In this document: in pieces, positions 44,201-52,600 of the stretch | How positions within the stretch are numbered: the first letter of the stretch is position 1 | Layout of the letters: the number at the start of each line of letters is the position of its first letter | Notes under the pieces: generated by a model | What the model was told of the DNA's origin: nothing | Databases searched by the model: none | What the model saw: only the letters and a program-made list of their open reading frames with translations | Made by a program: the position numbers and the translations under genes | Assembly (NCBI GenBank): GCA_047602405.1 | Contig: JASGHJ010000002.1 | Location: 320,001 to 384,000 of the forward strand | Length of the DNA stretch: 64,000 nt | Source of the DNA: Anaeromyxobacteraceae bacterium | GTDB lineage: Bacteria > Myxococcota > Myxococcia > Myxococcales > Anaeromyxobacteraceae | Direction of reading: 5' to 3'

Positions 44201-45636
44201 ACGTTCCGGGTGGCGGACGAGCCGAGGTACCGCGTCGCCGGCGGGCTCGCGAGGCCGGGCGGGGTGAAGTCGAGGACGATGGGCGCGGCGTCGGTCGCGA
44301 CGTTGCCGGCCACGTCGGCGACCGTGATGGCCACGATGGCGCCTCCCTCCGGGAAGGCGGCGGGCACGGCGCCGCTCGAGGCGCAGGTGTACGCGAGCGC
44401 CGCGTGGGTGCAGCCGAACGAGAGGGTGGAGGCGCCCGCGGCGAGCTTCACCACCGGATCGGCCGCCGGCGGCTCCCCGAGGGTGAACGTGACCGTCACG
44501 CCGTCGCCGGCCTTGTAGAGCCGGTTCGTGTGGTCGACGGAGATTGCCGTGACCGCGGGCGGCTTCGAGTCGATGGCGACCTGCCCGAGGGCCTGGCCCG
44601 CGGCGTCGTTCCCGGCCCGGTCCTTCGCGGAGACGAGCGTGAGCGTGTGGCTCGCGTCGGCGGCGTTCGCCGGGACGGCGTAGGAGAGGGAGTAGGTGCG
44701 CGGGTCGATGGCGCCCACCGCGACGGGCAGGGCCGGGCCGCCGCCGGAGGGGACGAGCGTGACGACGGGGGCGTCGACCCCGAGCGCCTCGGAGAACTGC
44801 ACGGTGGCGAGCACCGTGTTGCCGGTGCGCACCGCGGGCGTCGCGACGCTGGTCGCGGCGACGGTCGGGGCGACGAAGTCGAGCGTGGACGCGCCGGTGA
44901 AGGTGGTGGCGAGCGCGTTCCCCGCCACGTCGCTCGCGTCGAGGGCGAGGTCCACGAGGCCGGCGGGCTCCGAGCCGTCGAGCGTGCGGGTGAACCGCCA
45001 CTGGCGCGCGCTGCCGTTCTGCGCGGCGGCGAGCGCCGGGCCCCCCGCGATGCGGAGCGCCGGCGCGTCGCCGAGGTCCTCGTCGAAGGTGAGGGAGGCC
45101 GTGTAGACGTCGCCCTTCTTCGCGAAGGCCGGGAAGATCGCGTTCGAGACCGAGGGCTGCGCGAGGTCGAGCTGGAAGGTGCCGACCGGCTGGTTCGCGG
45201 CCTCGTTGCCATAGAGGTCCACGAGGTCGGCCACGACGGACAGCGCCTGGGTGCCGAGGCTGGAGGTGGGCGCGAACTCGATCGTGAACGTCCGGCCCGC
45301 GCGGCTCGGAAGCCCGAGCGGCTCGGTCGCCCCGCTGAGGTGCACGAAGGGATCGCTCGAGAGGTCCTCGCTCACCTCGAAGGTCGCGGTGACCGTGGCG
45401 CCGGCGCGCACCAGGCCGGGCACGACCGAGTGGCTGACGAGCGTCGGCGGCGTCTGGTCCGCCCCGCCTCGCTGGATGCACCGGTCGAGCACCTGCGAGC
45501 AGAAGAAGCCCGACGGGCAGTCCGCGTCCGTCGAGCAGGTGACCTTCGCTCCGACTGGCAGTGAATTCACCTCGCCGGAGCATGCAACGGCGAGCGCGGC
45601 GCAGAGCGCCGTCGCCACTCCCCTCCTGGTGCGCAT
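41206..45636 (-). CDS. Large surface lipoprotein, paralog A
   Basis: Start MRTRRGVATALCAALAVAC (lipobox). Same architecture as paralog B and the same RYRRP C-terminus. Confidence 0.8.
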   Translation of the reverse strand: MRTRRGVATALCAALAVACSGEVNSLPVGAKVTCSTDADCPSGFFCSQVLDRCIQRGGADQTPPTLVSHSVVPGLVRAGATVTATFEVSEDLSSDPFVHLSGATEPLGLPSRAGRTFTIEFAPTSSLGTQALSVVADLVDLYGNEAANQPVGTFQLDLAQPSVSNAIFPAFAKKGDVYTASLTFDEDLGDAPALRIAGGPALAAAQNGSARQWRFTRTLDGSEPAGLVDLALDASDVAGNALATTFTGASTLDFVAPTVAATSVATPAVRTGNTVLATVQFSEALGVDAPVVTLVPSGGGPALPVAVGAIDPRTYSLSYAVPANAADASHTLTLVSAKDRAGNDAAGQALGQVAIDSKPPAVTAISVDHTNRLYKAGDGVTVTFTLGEPPAADPVVKLAAGASTLSFGCTHAALAYTCASSGAVPAAFPEGGAIVAITVADVAGNVATDAAPIVLDFTPPGLASPPATRYLGSSATRNVNVQAVGTGSSWEIALLTDEPLGAAPTVTAVAPGGAPTRALTLTQANAALTSFTFTLPASPTAYPAAAWSVEWNPVDAARNQRAAPIRITTVEVDGTPPPAPDPGAAAAPAILWTRKPWGTDAAPTPVFQLDASLASAGTDAIAMVAWDGPGAGAKEVGRHAPSAAQGPFAMQLGSDPAELYVSTLDRAGNESARTRVVDVAWTASLAGKVPGSTFENPHRLESRARFQGSLEQLDGVQLAGADVGVQGDGKSVTTSVASMFRPTAGLDVPPVRIWPAWVADPARRVMVLFGGLGASTSLTDSWEWDGAQWRQVFPSDPEGDGNPSGFIMGGRTYDPVRGGVVVSSNGNGIWLWNGASWRKLLDVGGYDVLVWDEKRGVLVMHHGSDSTYEWDGTTHRAVQVQGAPGAAQRSGGIGFYDTVSQRACMYGGAWSNGTLIRTDVVCWNGSVWSTLATQGTAPPSRTECAGAFDPVRRELFIQGGNGTSGARTDTWVLTADPGGTRTWVDAGAPALAFNQHAAAFDPVSSRVLLLSNRVSNVMRAWDGSAKTYAVVAPGNPEGDGNASYNSQTPSDGDLAWVPDRGVAVRAALDFTRETWEWNRTSWARKAQNTGPSQRFGGAVGGYRNRLVAFGGIDLLGGGAFLGDTWTWDGIQWSQAIASPGSAHASPSPEFRADVGMASDSGTGRLFRWAGYDQVAGVTACFPDLWEWDGTAWLPLGGQVAPYTPKPWLDPEGDGNPSPGNGFGSQQCSAHRRIVWDPSRSTLLALDEDRNVWEWKSATTSWKKHLVGGAISSLFTQFIWDGALQAPVVICQDGSFVVDLANDTAAGFSYANPYGPTPLTEGGVVWDFGAKQGVGLGALPWVWESTASGRPAHVFTVDYSRANGPDPSTCLPGASCPIQSIDVTWNGGGTAGTGDGAHLDAWWGSWLQVATTGGTVASPGLMSWHWPDPAGTPGATLFHGRAHELTLALTPTGATTATGPARVATDAAAVTIRYRRP

Positions 45637-45638
45637 GG

Positions 45639-46673
45639 CTAGAAGCTCTTGCCGACGGAGACGCCGCCCGAGCGCGGGCCGACGTCGACCTGGGCACGGT
45701 AGCCGTGCCAGTCGGTGAAGAGGGCCTCGACGCCGGCGCCGATGCCGAGCACGCCGCCCGCGACGAGGAGCAGGTTGGCGTTCTTCGCGCGGCTCTTCGC
45801 GGTGGTCTCGAGGTCCTTGAGCTGCGCGCCGGGCACGCTCTCGGTGAGGGCGCGCTGCGCGAGGCTGTTGTACTGGTTCTGGGCGTCCTTCGAGAGGTAG
45901 CCCATGACCGCGCCGCCGCCGACCGCGGCGAGCGCGGCGGTCGCGGTGGCGTAGAACGGCCACTTCGGCAGCGGGGGCGGGTTGAGGCGCAGCGCGACGG
46001 CCTTGTCGACGCCGCGGGTCATGCCGGGGCGGAGGGTGCGCTCCTGGAAGAGCTCCTGCACCGCCGGGCCGACCGCCGAGAGGAGCTCCTCGCCGTTCGC
46101 GCGGGTGAGGCGCTTCGTGTGCGTGCCGGTGACGCGCGCGGTCCGCATGTTGATGCGCTTCAGCGTGAGGTTCGCGGTCTTGCCCTCGACGATGATGGAG
46201 GCGTGCACCATCTCGTCGGTGCCGAGCGCGCCGCCGATCTCGGCGAGGCAGGCCTCGTCGGCCTGGCACCCGAGCATCTGGCGCTGGTACTCGAACGAGA
46301 GCATCTCGCGGATCTCGCTCATGCCGATGGCGGAGACGCCGTCGAGCTTGCGGACCTCGGCGAGGAGCGAGCTCTCGAACAGCGTCGTCTGGCGCGGCGG
46401 GAGGTCACCGGTGACCTTCACGTCCGGCATGGCGAGGCGGAGCGCCTGCTTCGGCTTCGCGGCGGGCGCCGGCGCCGGGGGCGCCGACGGGCGGAGGTCC
46501 GGGGTGGGCGAGGCCGCGGCGGCGGGCGGCGCCATCGTGGGCGGCGGCGGCAGCGGCACCGCGGTGGACGGCTTCGCGGGCGCCGGGGCGGCCGGCTTCT
46601 TCGTGGCCTGCGCGGAAGCGAGCGCCGGCGCTGCGAGCGCGGCGGCGAGGAGGAACGGTGCGAGCTTGCGCAT
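45639..46673 (-). CDS. Exported protein with CsgG/TolB-N-like domain, hydrophobic helical hairpin and C-terminal beta-strand
   Basis: Signal peptide MRKLAPFLLAAALAAPALASA; Pro-rich linker; alpha/beta domain with LGC-x4-CLAEIGGALG; two hydrophobic helices; ends GGVSVGKSF. Confidence 0.6.
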   Translation of the reverse strand: MRKLAPFLLAAALAAPALASAQATKKPAAPAPAKPSTAVPLPPPPTMAPPAAAASPTPDLRPSAPPAPAPAAKPKQALRLAMPDVKVTGDLPPRQTTLFESSLLAEVRKLDGVSAIGMSEIREMLSFEYQRQMLGCQADEACLAEIGGALGTDEMVHASIIVEGKTANLTLKRINMRTARVTGTHTKRLTRANGEELLSAVGPAVQELFQERTLRPGMTRGVDKAVALRLNPPPLPKWPFYATATAALAAVGGGAVMGYLSKDAQNQYNSLAQRALTESVPGAQLKDLETTAKSRAKNANLLLVAGGVLGIGAGVEALFTDWHGYRAQVDVGPRSGGVSVGKSF

Positions 46674-46823
46674 CGGAGCTCCGGACCTGGCAGGGGAACC
46701 AGGGAGTAAGGTGAGGGAAGACGGGAGGGATTGTACCACCGCAGGTCCGCCGGTCAGAGTGCGCCCCGTCACGGTCCACTTGCGGGTACCACCGGCGCGG
46801 CGCGTCGGGTCCGCGGAACCCTC

Positions 46824-46852
46824 TTGACACCCTCTCGGCACTCCAGTATCCA
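46824..46852 (+). promoter_or_regulatory. Sigma70-like promoter for tRNA-Pro
   Basis: TTGACA-17 bp-TATCCA. Confidence 0.5.
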
Positions 46853-46915
46853 CGCCACCTTACGTCGGCCGGCGGGCTCCCGATCCCGCCCTCGAAAAGC
46901 CGCCGTCCGCAGCAC

Positions 46916-46989
46916 CGGGGAGTGGCTCAGCCTGGTAGAGCACTTGGTTCGGGACCAAGGGGTCGCAGGTTCAAATCCTGTCTCCCCGA
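46916..46989 (+). tRNA. tRNA-Pro (anticodon CGG), integration target
   Basis: CGGGGAG/CTCCCCG acceptor stem, anticodon arm CTTGG-TTCGGGA-CCAAG, GGTTCAAATCC T-loop. CCA is not encoded. Confidence 0.96.
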
Positions 46990-48309
46990 CTCATGAAGGC
47001 CGCTGATCTTCGAGGAGAAATCCTCCAAGTCGGCGGCCTTCTTCTTTGTGCCCTGAGGGAGCCGCCCAACCGGCGCCCAACGCGGCGACCGGGCCGGGGA
47101 GTTCGCCGCCTCGAGCGATGAACTGGCGCCGCCCGGGACGAGGCCTTCCAGCGCGCCGAGCGGGAAGCGGGCGAGCCCCTCGCGCATGTCCTCGATGCTC
47201 AGGTGGCCGTAAGTCGAGGCCGTGAGCCGGACGTCCTTGTGGCGGAGGATCCGCTGCACCGTGACGAGCGGGACGCCGCACTTGAGGAGCAGGGTCGCCG
47301 TCGTGTGCCGGGCGTCGTGGAAGCGCACGTGGCGCGGGAGCGGCTTCGCCCAGAGCCGCATGTTGCACCGGGGGCAGCGACCGGGCTCGTTGCCGAGCAC
47401 TTCCTTGCTGTAGCCGCACCCCTTCCGACGGCACCGGTGGTCGTAGCCCGTGACGATTCCCGCCCGGCCGAGCGCACGGCGGAGGATCTCGTCGAGCGCG
47501 ACGTCCGCGCGGTGCATCGAGCCGTCCGGTCGAGGGAAGACGAGTCCCGAGGGCGAGGCGTCGATGGCGGCCTGGAGGAACGGCCTCAGCGGCTCTGCGA
47601 TGGGGATGAGGTCCGCGTGGCCGCCCTTCGTGGTGTCGTGCTCGTAGGATCGGCCGACGAGGATGGTGCCATCCCGCAGGCTGACCTCGCGCTTCCGGAG
47701 GCCGAGCAGCTCGCCCTTGCGCATGCCGGTGAAGAGGGCGGCCGCGAAGAGCGAGCGCCAGCGGGGGTCGAGGTGGACGAGAAGAGCCTCGGCTTCCTCG
47801 GGCTGCAGGTACTGCGGCGGGCGCTTCGGGACCTTTCGCCGCTCGACGAGCGCGGCAGGGTTCGCGCCGGACCAGACCTCGCGCCGGATCGCCTTCGCGA
47901 AGACCGTGTGGATGAGCCCGCGGAGGTGGTTCAGAGAGCGGGGGGCGAGCTCGTCGGTCTTCGCGACGAGGAGACCCTCGATGCGGGCGGGCGTGACCTC
48001 GCTCAAGGCCAGGCCACCCAGCGAGGGCAGGAGGTGCTTGCGCGCGACGCGATCGATGTCCGGCGAGCGGCGTCGGTGGCCGTACTCGGTCCACCACCAG
48101 GCGAAGAGCTGCGCGAAGGACATCGATGCCCGACTTTGCGGCAGCGGCTCGAGGCCGAGCCGCTGGCGATCGGCGAGGTGCTCGAGGTCGCGCGCGAGCA
48201 CGAGCGCCTCGGTCCTTGTCCGGCACTTGGTTCGCTTCTCGCGCCACCTGCCGCTCGCGTCGCGCCAGCGAGCCGACCAGAACTGCCCTCGCCTCGTCGC
48301 GGTGGCCAT
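46927..48309 (-). CDS. int: Tyrosine recombinase/integrase reading through attL
   Basis: Catalytic motifs TGMRKGE, TTKGG, FHDARHT, ILRH, STYGH; Zn-ribbon-like insert CRRKGC…CPRC; RBS AGGAG; stop codon lies inside the tRNA on the antisense strand. Confidence 0.93.
   Translation of the reverse strand: MATATRRGQFWSARWRDASGRWREKRTKCRTRTEALVLARDLEHLADRQRLGLEPLPQSRASMSFAQLFAWWWTEYGHRRRSPDIDRVARKHLLPSLGGLALSEVTPARIEGLLVAKTDELAPRSLNHLRGLIHTVFAKAIRREVWSGANPAALVERRKVPKRPPQYLQPEEAEALLVHLDPRWRSLFAAALFTGMRKGELLGLRKREVSLRDGTILVGRSYEHDTTKGGHADLIPIAEPLRPFLQAAIDASPSGLVFPRPDGSMHRADVALDEILRRALGRAGIVTGYDHRCRRKGCGYSKEVLGNEPGRCPRCNMRLWAKPLPRHVRFHDARHTTATLLLKCGVPLVTVQRILRHKDVRLTASTYGHLSIEDMREGLARFPLGALEGLVPGGASSSLEAANSPARSPRWAPVGRLPQGTKKKAADLEDFSSKISGLHESGRQDLNLRPLGPEPSALPG
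46948..46993 (+). repeat. attL core (46 bp)
   Basis: TTCGGGACCAAGGGGTCGCAGGTTCAAATCCTGTCTCCCCGACTCA, identical to 62733-62778. Confidence 0.95.
46995..47047 (+). terminator. Island-supplied terminator-like hairpin after tRNA-Pro
   Basis: GAAGGCCGC…GCGGCCTTC followed by ttcttt. Confidence 0.55.
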
Positions 48310-48667
48310 GGCTCCTACTTAGCCGCCCAGTCTGTCTGGGCGCCCAGGTTCGCGGAAGCCGGACCGAGCACGGTCGCGCGGATCTCGTCGGGTTTGAACC
48401 TGAGCATCCGGCCGACGCGCACGCACGGCAGCTCTCCGCGCTCCGCCGCCTTGTACACGTAGCTCACGGAGCACTTGATGAAGGCGGCGACCTCCTCTGC
48501 CGTCCAGAGCGCGTCGTTCAGGCTGTCGGTTTGCAGAACCTAGGGACCCCCGCCGCGTGAGTTTTGCAGAAGCATTCCCCCCTCGGCGCTAAGGGTTTTG
48601 CAGAAGGTTTCCCTCCCCCGTCGGCGTGACCAAGCAGCCACGATGCCTCCCTTCACGGGAGGCGGCG

Positions 48668-50242
48668 ATGGCGTTTCGCGAGGTCACGATGCTGGAGGCG
48701 AAGGAGATCCTGAGGCTGTGGCTGACGGGCGTGCCGAAGAGGCGCATCGCCCTGCAGCTCGGCCTCGACGTGAAGACGGTGCGCCGCTACCTCGCCGCCG
48801 CGCGGGCTCGCGGCGTGGAGCCGGCGCACGGCCTCGCCGCGCTCGACGACGCGCTCGTGGAGGCGGTGCTCGCCGCGACGCAGCCAGGCGGCGGGCGGCC
48901 GCGGGGCGAGGGATGGGCGGTCTGCGAAGCGCACCGCGAGACCATCGCGAGCTACCTCGACCGCGGCGTGCGGCTCACGAAGGTGGACCGGCTGCTCCGG
49001 CGCAGCGGAGTCGACGTCGGCTACGACACGCTCCGGCGCTTCGCGCTCGCCGAACTCGGCTTCGGCAAGGCCGTGCGGACCGTGCCGGTCGCGGACTGCG
49101 AACCGGGCGAGGAAGTCCAGCTCGACACGGGTTGGATGACGATGCTCGAGCCGGACCTGTTCGGGAAGCGGCGCCGCTTCCGGGCGTGGATCTTCACCGC
49201 CGTTCTCTCCAGGCACCGCTTCGTCTACCCGGTCTTCCACGAGACCACCATCACGGCCATCGAGGCGTGCGAGGCGGCGTGGGAGTTCTTCGGCGGGATC
49301 TTCAGGGTCGTCATCGTCGACAACACGAAGACCATCGTCGAGAAGGCCGACCCGGTGAAGCCGAAGCTAACGCAGGGCTTCCTCGAGTACGCGCAGGCGC
49401 GCGGCTTCGTCATCGACACCACCCGCGTGCGGAGCCCGAAGGACAAGGCCCGCGTCGAGCGCACGGTCCCCTCCGTTCGCGACGACTGCTTCGGCGGCGA
49501 GCGCCTCCTGACCATCGACGACGCCAGCGTCCGCGGGCGCCACTGGTCCCTCGAGGAGTACGGGATGCGCCGGCACGGGACGACCCAGCGGCTGCCACGC
49601 GAGCACTTCGAGGCGGAGGAGCGCCCGGCGCTCCTGCCGGCGCCGACCGCGCGGTACGACATCCCGGCCTGGTGCGAGCCGAAGGTTGGCCTCGATCAGT
49701 TCGCCGCGGTCGAGAGGGCCCTCTACTCGCTGCCGCTCGAGTACCGGAGGCGCCGGCTCGTCGCGCGCGCCGACAGCCTGACCGTGCGCTTCTACGACGC
49801 CGGCAGGCTCGTGAAGACCCACGCCCGCAGGCCCCCGGGCAAGAAGTCCATCGACCCGGCCGACTTCCCGACCGAGTCGCTCGCCTGCGCCCAGCGCGAC
49901 AGCGCGTACTTCGTCGCGCAGGCGCACGAGCACGGGCGGCACGTCGGGCGCTTCGCCGAGGCGCTCGTCGCGGGGCCGGCTCCGTGGACCCGCATGCGCC
50001 AGCTCTTCAAGCTCCTCGGCCTCGCGCGGAAGTACGGCGCCCGCCTCGACGTCTCGTGCAAGACCGCGCTCGACGCCGACATGGTCGACGTCTACCGGCT
50101 CGCCGAGATGGTGCGCCTCGACACGCGCCTCGAGCCGCCGCCCGCCAAGGTGATCCCGCTCGCCCGCTTCCTGCGGCCGGCGAGCCAGTACGCCCTCCCG
50201 CTCGCGCGCCGCGAGCGGCCCAACGAAGGAGACGACGCGTGA
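48668..50242 (+). CDS. istA: IS21 transposase IstA
   Basis: N-terminal HTH; DDE motifs PGEEVQLD, VDNTK, PKDKARVER. Confidence 0.92.
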   Translation: MAFREVTMLEAKEILRLWLTGVPKRRIALQLGLDVKTVRRYLAAARARGVEPAHGLAALDDALVEAVLAATQPGGGRPRGEGWAVCEAHRETIASYLDRGVRLTKVDRLLRRSGVDVGYDTLRRFALAELGFGKAVRTVPVADCEPGEEVQLDTGWMTMLEPDLFGKRRRFRAWIFTAVLSRHRFVYPVFHETTITAIEACEAAWEFFGGIFRVVIVDNTKTIVEKADPVKPKLTQGFLEYAQARGFVIDTTRVRSPKDKARVERTVPSVRDDCFGGERLLTIDDASVRGRHWSLEEYGMRRHGTTQRLPREHFEAEERPALLPAPTARYDIPAWCEPKVGLDQFAAVERALYSLPLEYRRRRLVARADSLTVRFYDAGRLVKTHARRPPGKKSIDPADFPTESLACAQRDSAYFVAQAHEHGRHVGRFAEALVAGPAPWTRMRQLFKLLGLARKYGARLDVSCKTALDADMVDVYRLAEMVRLDTRLEPPPAKVIPLARFLRPASQYALPLARRERPNEGDDA

Positions 50243-51025
50243 CCCCCGACCCGATCTCGCCGGAGCTCAGGACCGTGCTCCGGCGCCTGAAGCTCTCCCG
50301 GATGCTCGACACGCTGCCCGAGCGCTTTTCGCTCGCACGCCAGCAGAAGATGCCGCACCAGGACTTCCTCCTCCTCGCGCTCTCCGACGAGGCGCAGCGG
50401 CGGGACGGGCAGGCCGCCACGCTCCGTGCCCAGCGGGCCCACCTTCAGCCCGACTGCCAGCTCGAGCGCTGGGACGAGACCGCAAAGGTCGAGCTCGACC
50501 GCGCGCTCCTCAACGAGCTCGCCTCGCTGCGCTTCCTCGAATCGCGCCACCACGTCGCCATCGTGGGGCCGGTTGGCGTCGGCAAGACCTTCCTCGCGCA
50601 CGCGCTCGGCCACGTCGCCTGCCGGCGCGGGTACTCGGTGCTCGCGCTAACCGCCGACGTCATGCTGAAGAGCCTCAAGCACGCGAGGCTCACCCAGACT
50701 CACGAGAAGGAGATGCGCACGCTCCTCTCGGTCGACCTGCTCATCGTCGATGACTTCGGCCTCGACGCGATGGACGCCCAGGAGAGCCGCGATGCGCACG
50801 AGCTCATCTACGAGCGTCACCGCGCCGGCTCGATGATCGTGAGTGCGCTCCAACCGCGGCCCCGACGAGTGGCTCGCCACCTTCGCCGATCCGATGCGCG
50901 CGCAGGCCGCCATCGACCGCTTCACCTCGAACGCCTACGACCTCGTCATCGAGGGCGAGTCGTATCGCGCCCGGCTCAAGCCCGGGCGGAAGGCTGGACA
51001 GCTGACCGAGAAGAAGGCCAAGTAG
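50239..51025 (+). CDS. istB: IS21 helper ATPase IstB (frameshift ~50845)
   Basis: GTGA overlap with istA; Walker A GPVGVGKT; Walker B LLIVDDFG; the SNR…AIDRF…GESYR tail is in another frame. Confidence 0.88.
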
Positions 51026-51144
51026 GAGTCGTCACGCCGACGCGGAGCCGGGGGCAAGCTTCTGCAACGGCGGGGTCCCATCCCTCTGCAAATCGACATT
51101 CAGGCGCCGCCGCTCGAGGTTGCTGCTGGGGCTCGTCATGCTCG

Positions 51145-51501
51145 TCACCTCCCGGCCCGTCCCGGGGGAGGCGGCTTTCGCTCGAACCCCGGACCCTTCT
51201 CGAGGACCTGGTGGTACCGCGCCATGAGCACGCGCTGCAGGTACCGCCTGCGGTCCACTCCGAGCGCCTTCTCGTCTGCATCGAGCAGCTCGCCGACGGG
51301 ATCGGGCGGCAGGCCGCTCCAGGTCCAGAAGTCGTGCGCGATGGTGACCATGAGCTCGTTCATGGACCACCCGCGTCGCTCGGCTTCTTCCTGCAGCCAG
51401 TGGCCGAGGTCGCTCGGGAAGCGGAAGGTCACGACCGTCTTCTCGGTCGTAGGGGTGCCGGAGCGTGCGGGGAGGTCCGAGGGATGCCTGGAGGACGCCA
51501 T
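51145..51501 (-). CDS. Ribbon-helix-helix (Arc-like) DNA-binding protein
   Basis: VVTFRFPSDLGHWLQEEAERRGWSMNELM RHH pattern. First gene of the RHH-xis-int run. Confidence 0.65.
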   Translation of the reverse strand: MASSRHPSDLPARSGTPTTEKTVVTFRFPSDLGHWLQEEAERRGWSMNELMVTIAHDFWTWSGLPPDPVGELLDADEKALGVDRRRYLQRVLMARYHQVLEKGPGFERKPPPPGRAGR

Positions 51502-51540
51502 GTAGGAGTGAAGCCTACATGGCCAAGCGGTGAAGTGCAA
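51497..51540 (-). promoter_or_regulatory. Promoter TTGCAC-17-TAGGCT with a perfect 10-bp inverted repeat over the -10 box and start codon
   Basis: GCCATGTAGG-agtgaag-CCTACATGGC at 51497-51523. Confidence 0.6.
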
Positions 51541-51573
51541 CGGTAACGTTTCAAAGCGCAACGAAACCGCTGC

Positions 51574-52137
51574 CTAGGCGAGGTCGTGCAGCTTCCTCAA
51601 CTCCGCCACCGTCTGAACGAGGCCACGGCTCTCGAGCGTGTCCAGCAGGTCGGGCAGCGAGGTCGGGGGACTCTTCAGGGCCGCCGCCTGTCCCGCGACT
51701 GTCCGCACGACCACGCCTGGATCCAGGGAGAGTAAGTGGCGGAGGAACGTGTCCGGATGCTGGGCCTCGACGGCGTACGGGGCCAGAGTGCTCACCGGGA
51801 AATCGTGCAGGTTGGTGGTGACGATGACCTGGGCGCTGCAGCGGATGGCGGCGGCGAGGACGTGGCGGTCGCCCTCGTCCGGTAGGACGAGACCGTCGAT
51901 GAGGGGCTCATACCCCGTGACCAGGCCATCGGGGACCGCGCGCAGCATCAGCTGCCGAGTCCTCTCGAGCTTGCCCTCGAGGTCGGGGCGTGACGCGACG
52001 ATGTTCCGGAAGCACTCGTCGAGGATCTGATCGGTCCAGCGCGCCCGGAAGAGGCCGGTCGTCGCGAGCCGCACCAGCAAATCCCGGATCGACGCCGGGT
52101 AGAGCACGCACGCGTCGTAGACGACGGCGAAGGCCAC
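51574..52137 (-). CDS. PIN domain (VapC-like) toxin
   Basis: Motifs VVYDACVLYP, WTDQILDE, DEGDRHVLAAA, IVTTNLHDFP. Confidence 0.88.
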   Translation of the reverse strand: MAFAVVYDACVLYPASIRDLLVRLATTGLFRARWTDQILDECFRNIVASRPDLEGKLERTRQLMLRAVPDGLVTGYEPLIDGLVLPDEGDRHVLAAAIRCSAQVIVTTNLHDFPVSTLAPYAVEAQHPDTFLRHLLSLDPGVVVRTVAGQAAALKSPPTSLPDLLDTLESRGLVQTVAELRKLHDLA

Positions 52138-52138
52138 G

Positions 52139-52600
52139 TCAGTAGTCGAGCCCCAGGCGCTGCGCCTCGGCCGTCAGCTCATCCAGGACACCCTGCCGCT
52201 CGGTATCGTCCTGCTGCTTGTACCGGACGAGATCCTCGAACCGGACTCTGCGGCGGGTTCCGACCGCGCGGAAGGGGATCCGGCCCTCCTCGAGCAGCTT
52301 CACCATGAACGGGCGCGACACGTTGAGGAGGTCGGCGGCCTGCTGGGTGGTCAGCTCCGCGTGGACGGGGACGATGGTGACTGCGTTGCCGTTGGCCATC
52401 TCGCCGAGGATCCGGACGAAGAGCTCGAAGGCTGCCCTCGGGACCGTGACCCGCGTGTCGTGATCCCCCTTGGCGACCACGGTCACGTGGGAAGCCGCCC
52501 CCTTTCGCTTGCGAAGGAACGGCGCCAGCGATCGGGCGGCTTCGGCCGCTTCGGCAGCCACGTCGGGAGAGGGTCGGGTGAGCTCGGTCAGGGGGGTCAT
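52139..52600 (-). CDS. Excisionase-type HTH antitoxin
   Basis: ELTTQQAADLLNVSRPFMVKLLEEGRIPF…GTRRRVRFEDL, immediately upstream of the PIN gene. Confidence 0.85.
   Translation of the reverse strand: MTPLTELTRPSPDVAAEAAEAARSLAPFLRKRKGAASHVTVVAKGDHDTRVTVPRAAFELFVRILGEMANGNAVTIVPVHAELTTQQAADLLNVSRPFMVKLLEEGRIPFRAVGTRRRVRFEDLVRYKQQDDTERQGVLDELTAEAQRLGLDY

Larger units (their letters stand above)
48524..51098 (+). mobile_element. IS21 family insertion sequence
   Basis: Ends TGTCGGTTTGCAGA and TCTGCAAATCGACA; internal TTGCAGAA repeats at both ends; 7-bp target duplication TTCAGGC (48517-48523 and 51099-51105). Confidence 0.93.
48319..51139 (-). pseudogene. Excisionase-like HTH_17 gene (~79 aa) interrupted by IS21
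   Basis: Removing the IS and one TTCAGGC copy gives MTSPSSNLERRRLNDALWTAEEVAAFIKCSVSYVYKAAERGELPCVRVGRMLRFKPDEIRATVLGPASANLGAQTDWAA*. RBS GGAGG; the stop is 9 nt before the int ATG. Confidence 0.88.

Noticed and set aside
124..45697. Very long alternative-frame and antisense ORFs (e.g. 124..5874, 6070..9345, 36871..45564, 38846..45697)
   Set aside because: These are Arg/Pro/Gly-rich shadow frames expected in very GC-rich DNA. They overlap well-supported genes and carry no recognisable motifs.
41206..46269. 1687-aa version of lipoprotein A starting at 46269
   Set aside because: The extension overlaps the upstream gene. The signal peptide and lipobox place the start at 45636.
50830..50860. 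Programmed frameshift in istB
   Set aside because: There is no slippery motif, IS21 istB is normally one ORF, and the window has many indel errors. A real mutation cannot be excluded.
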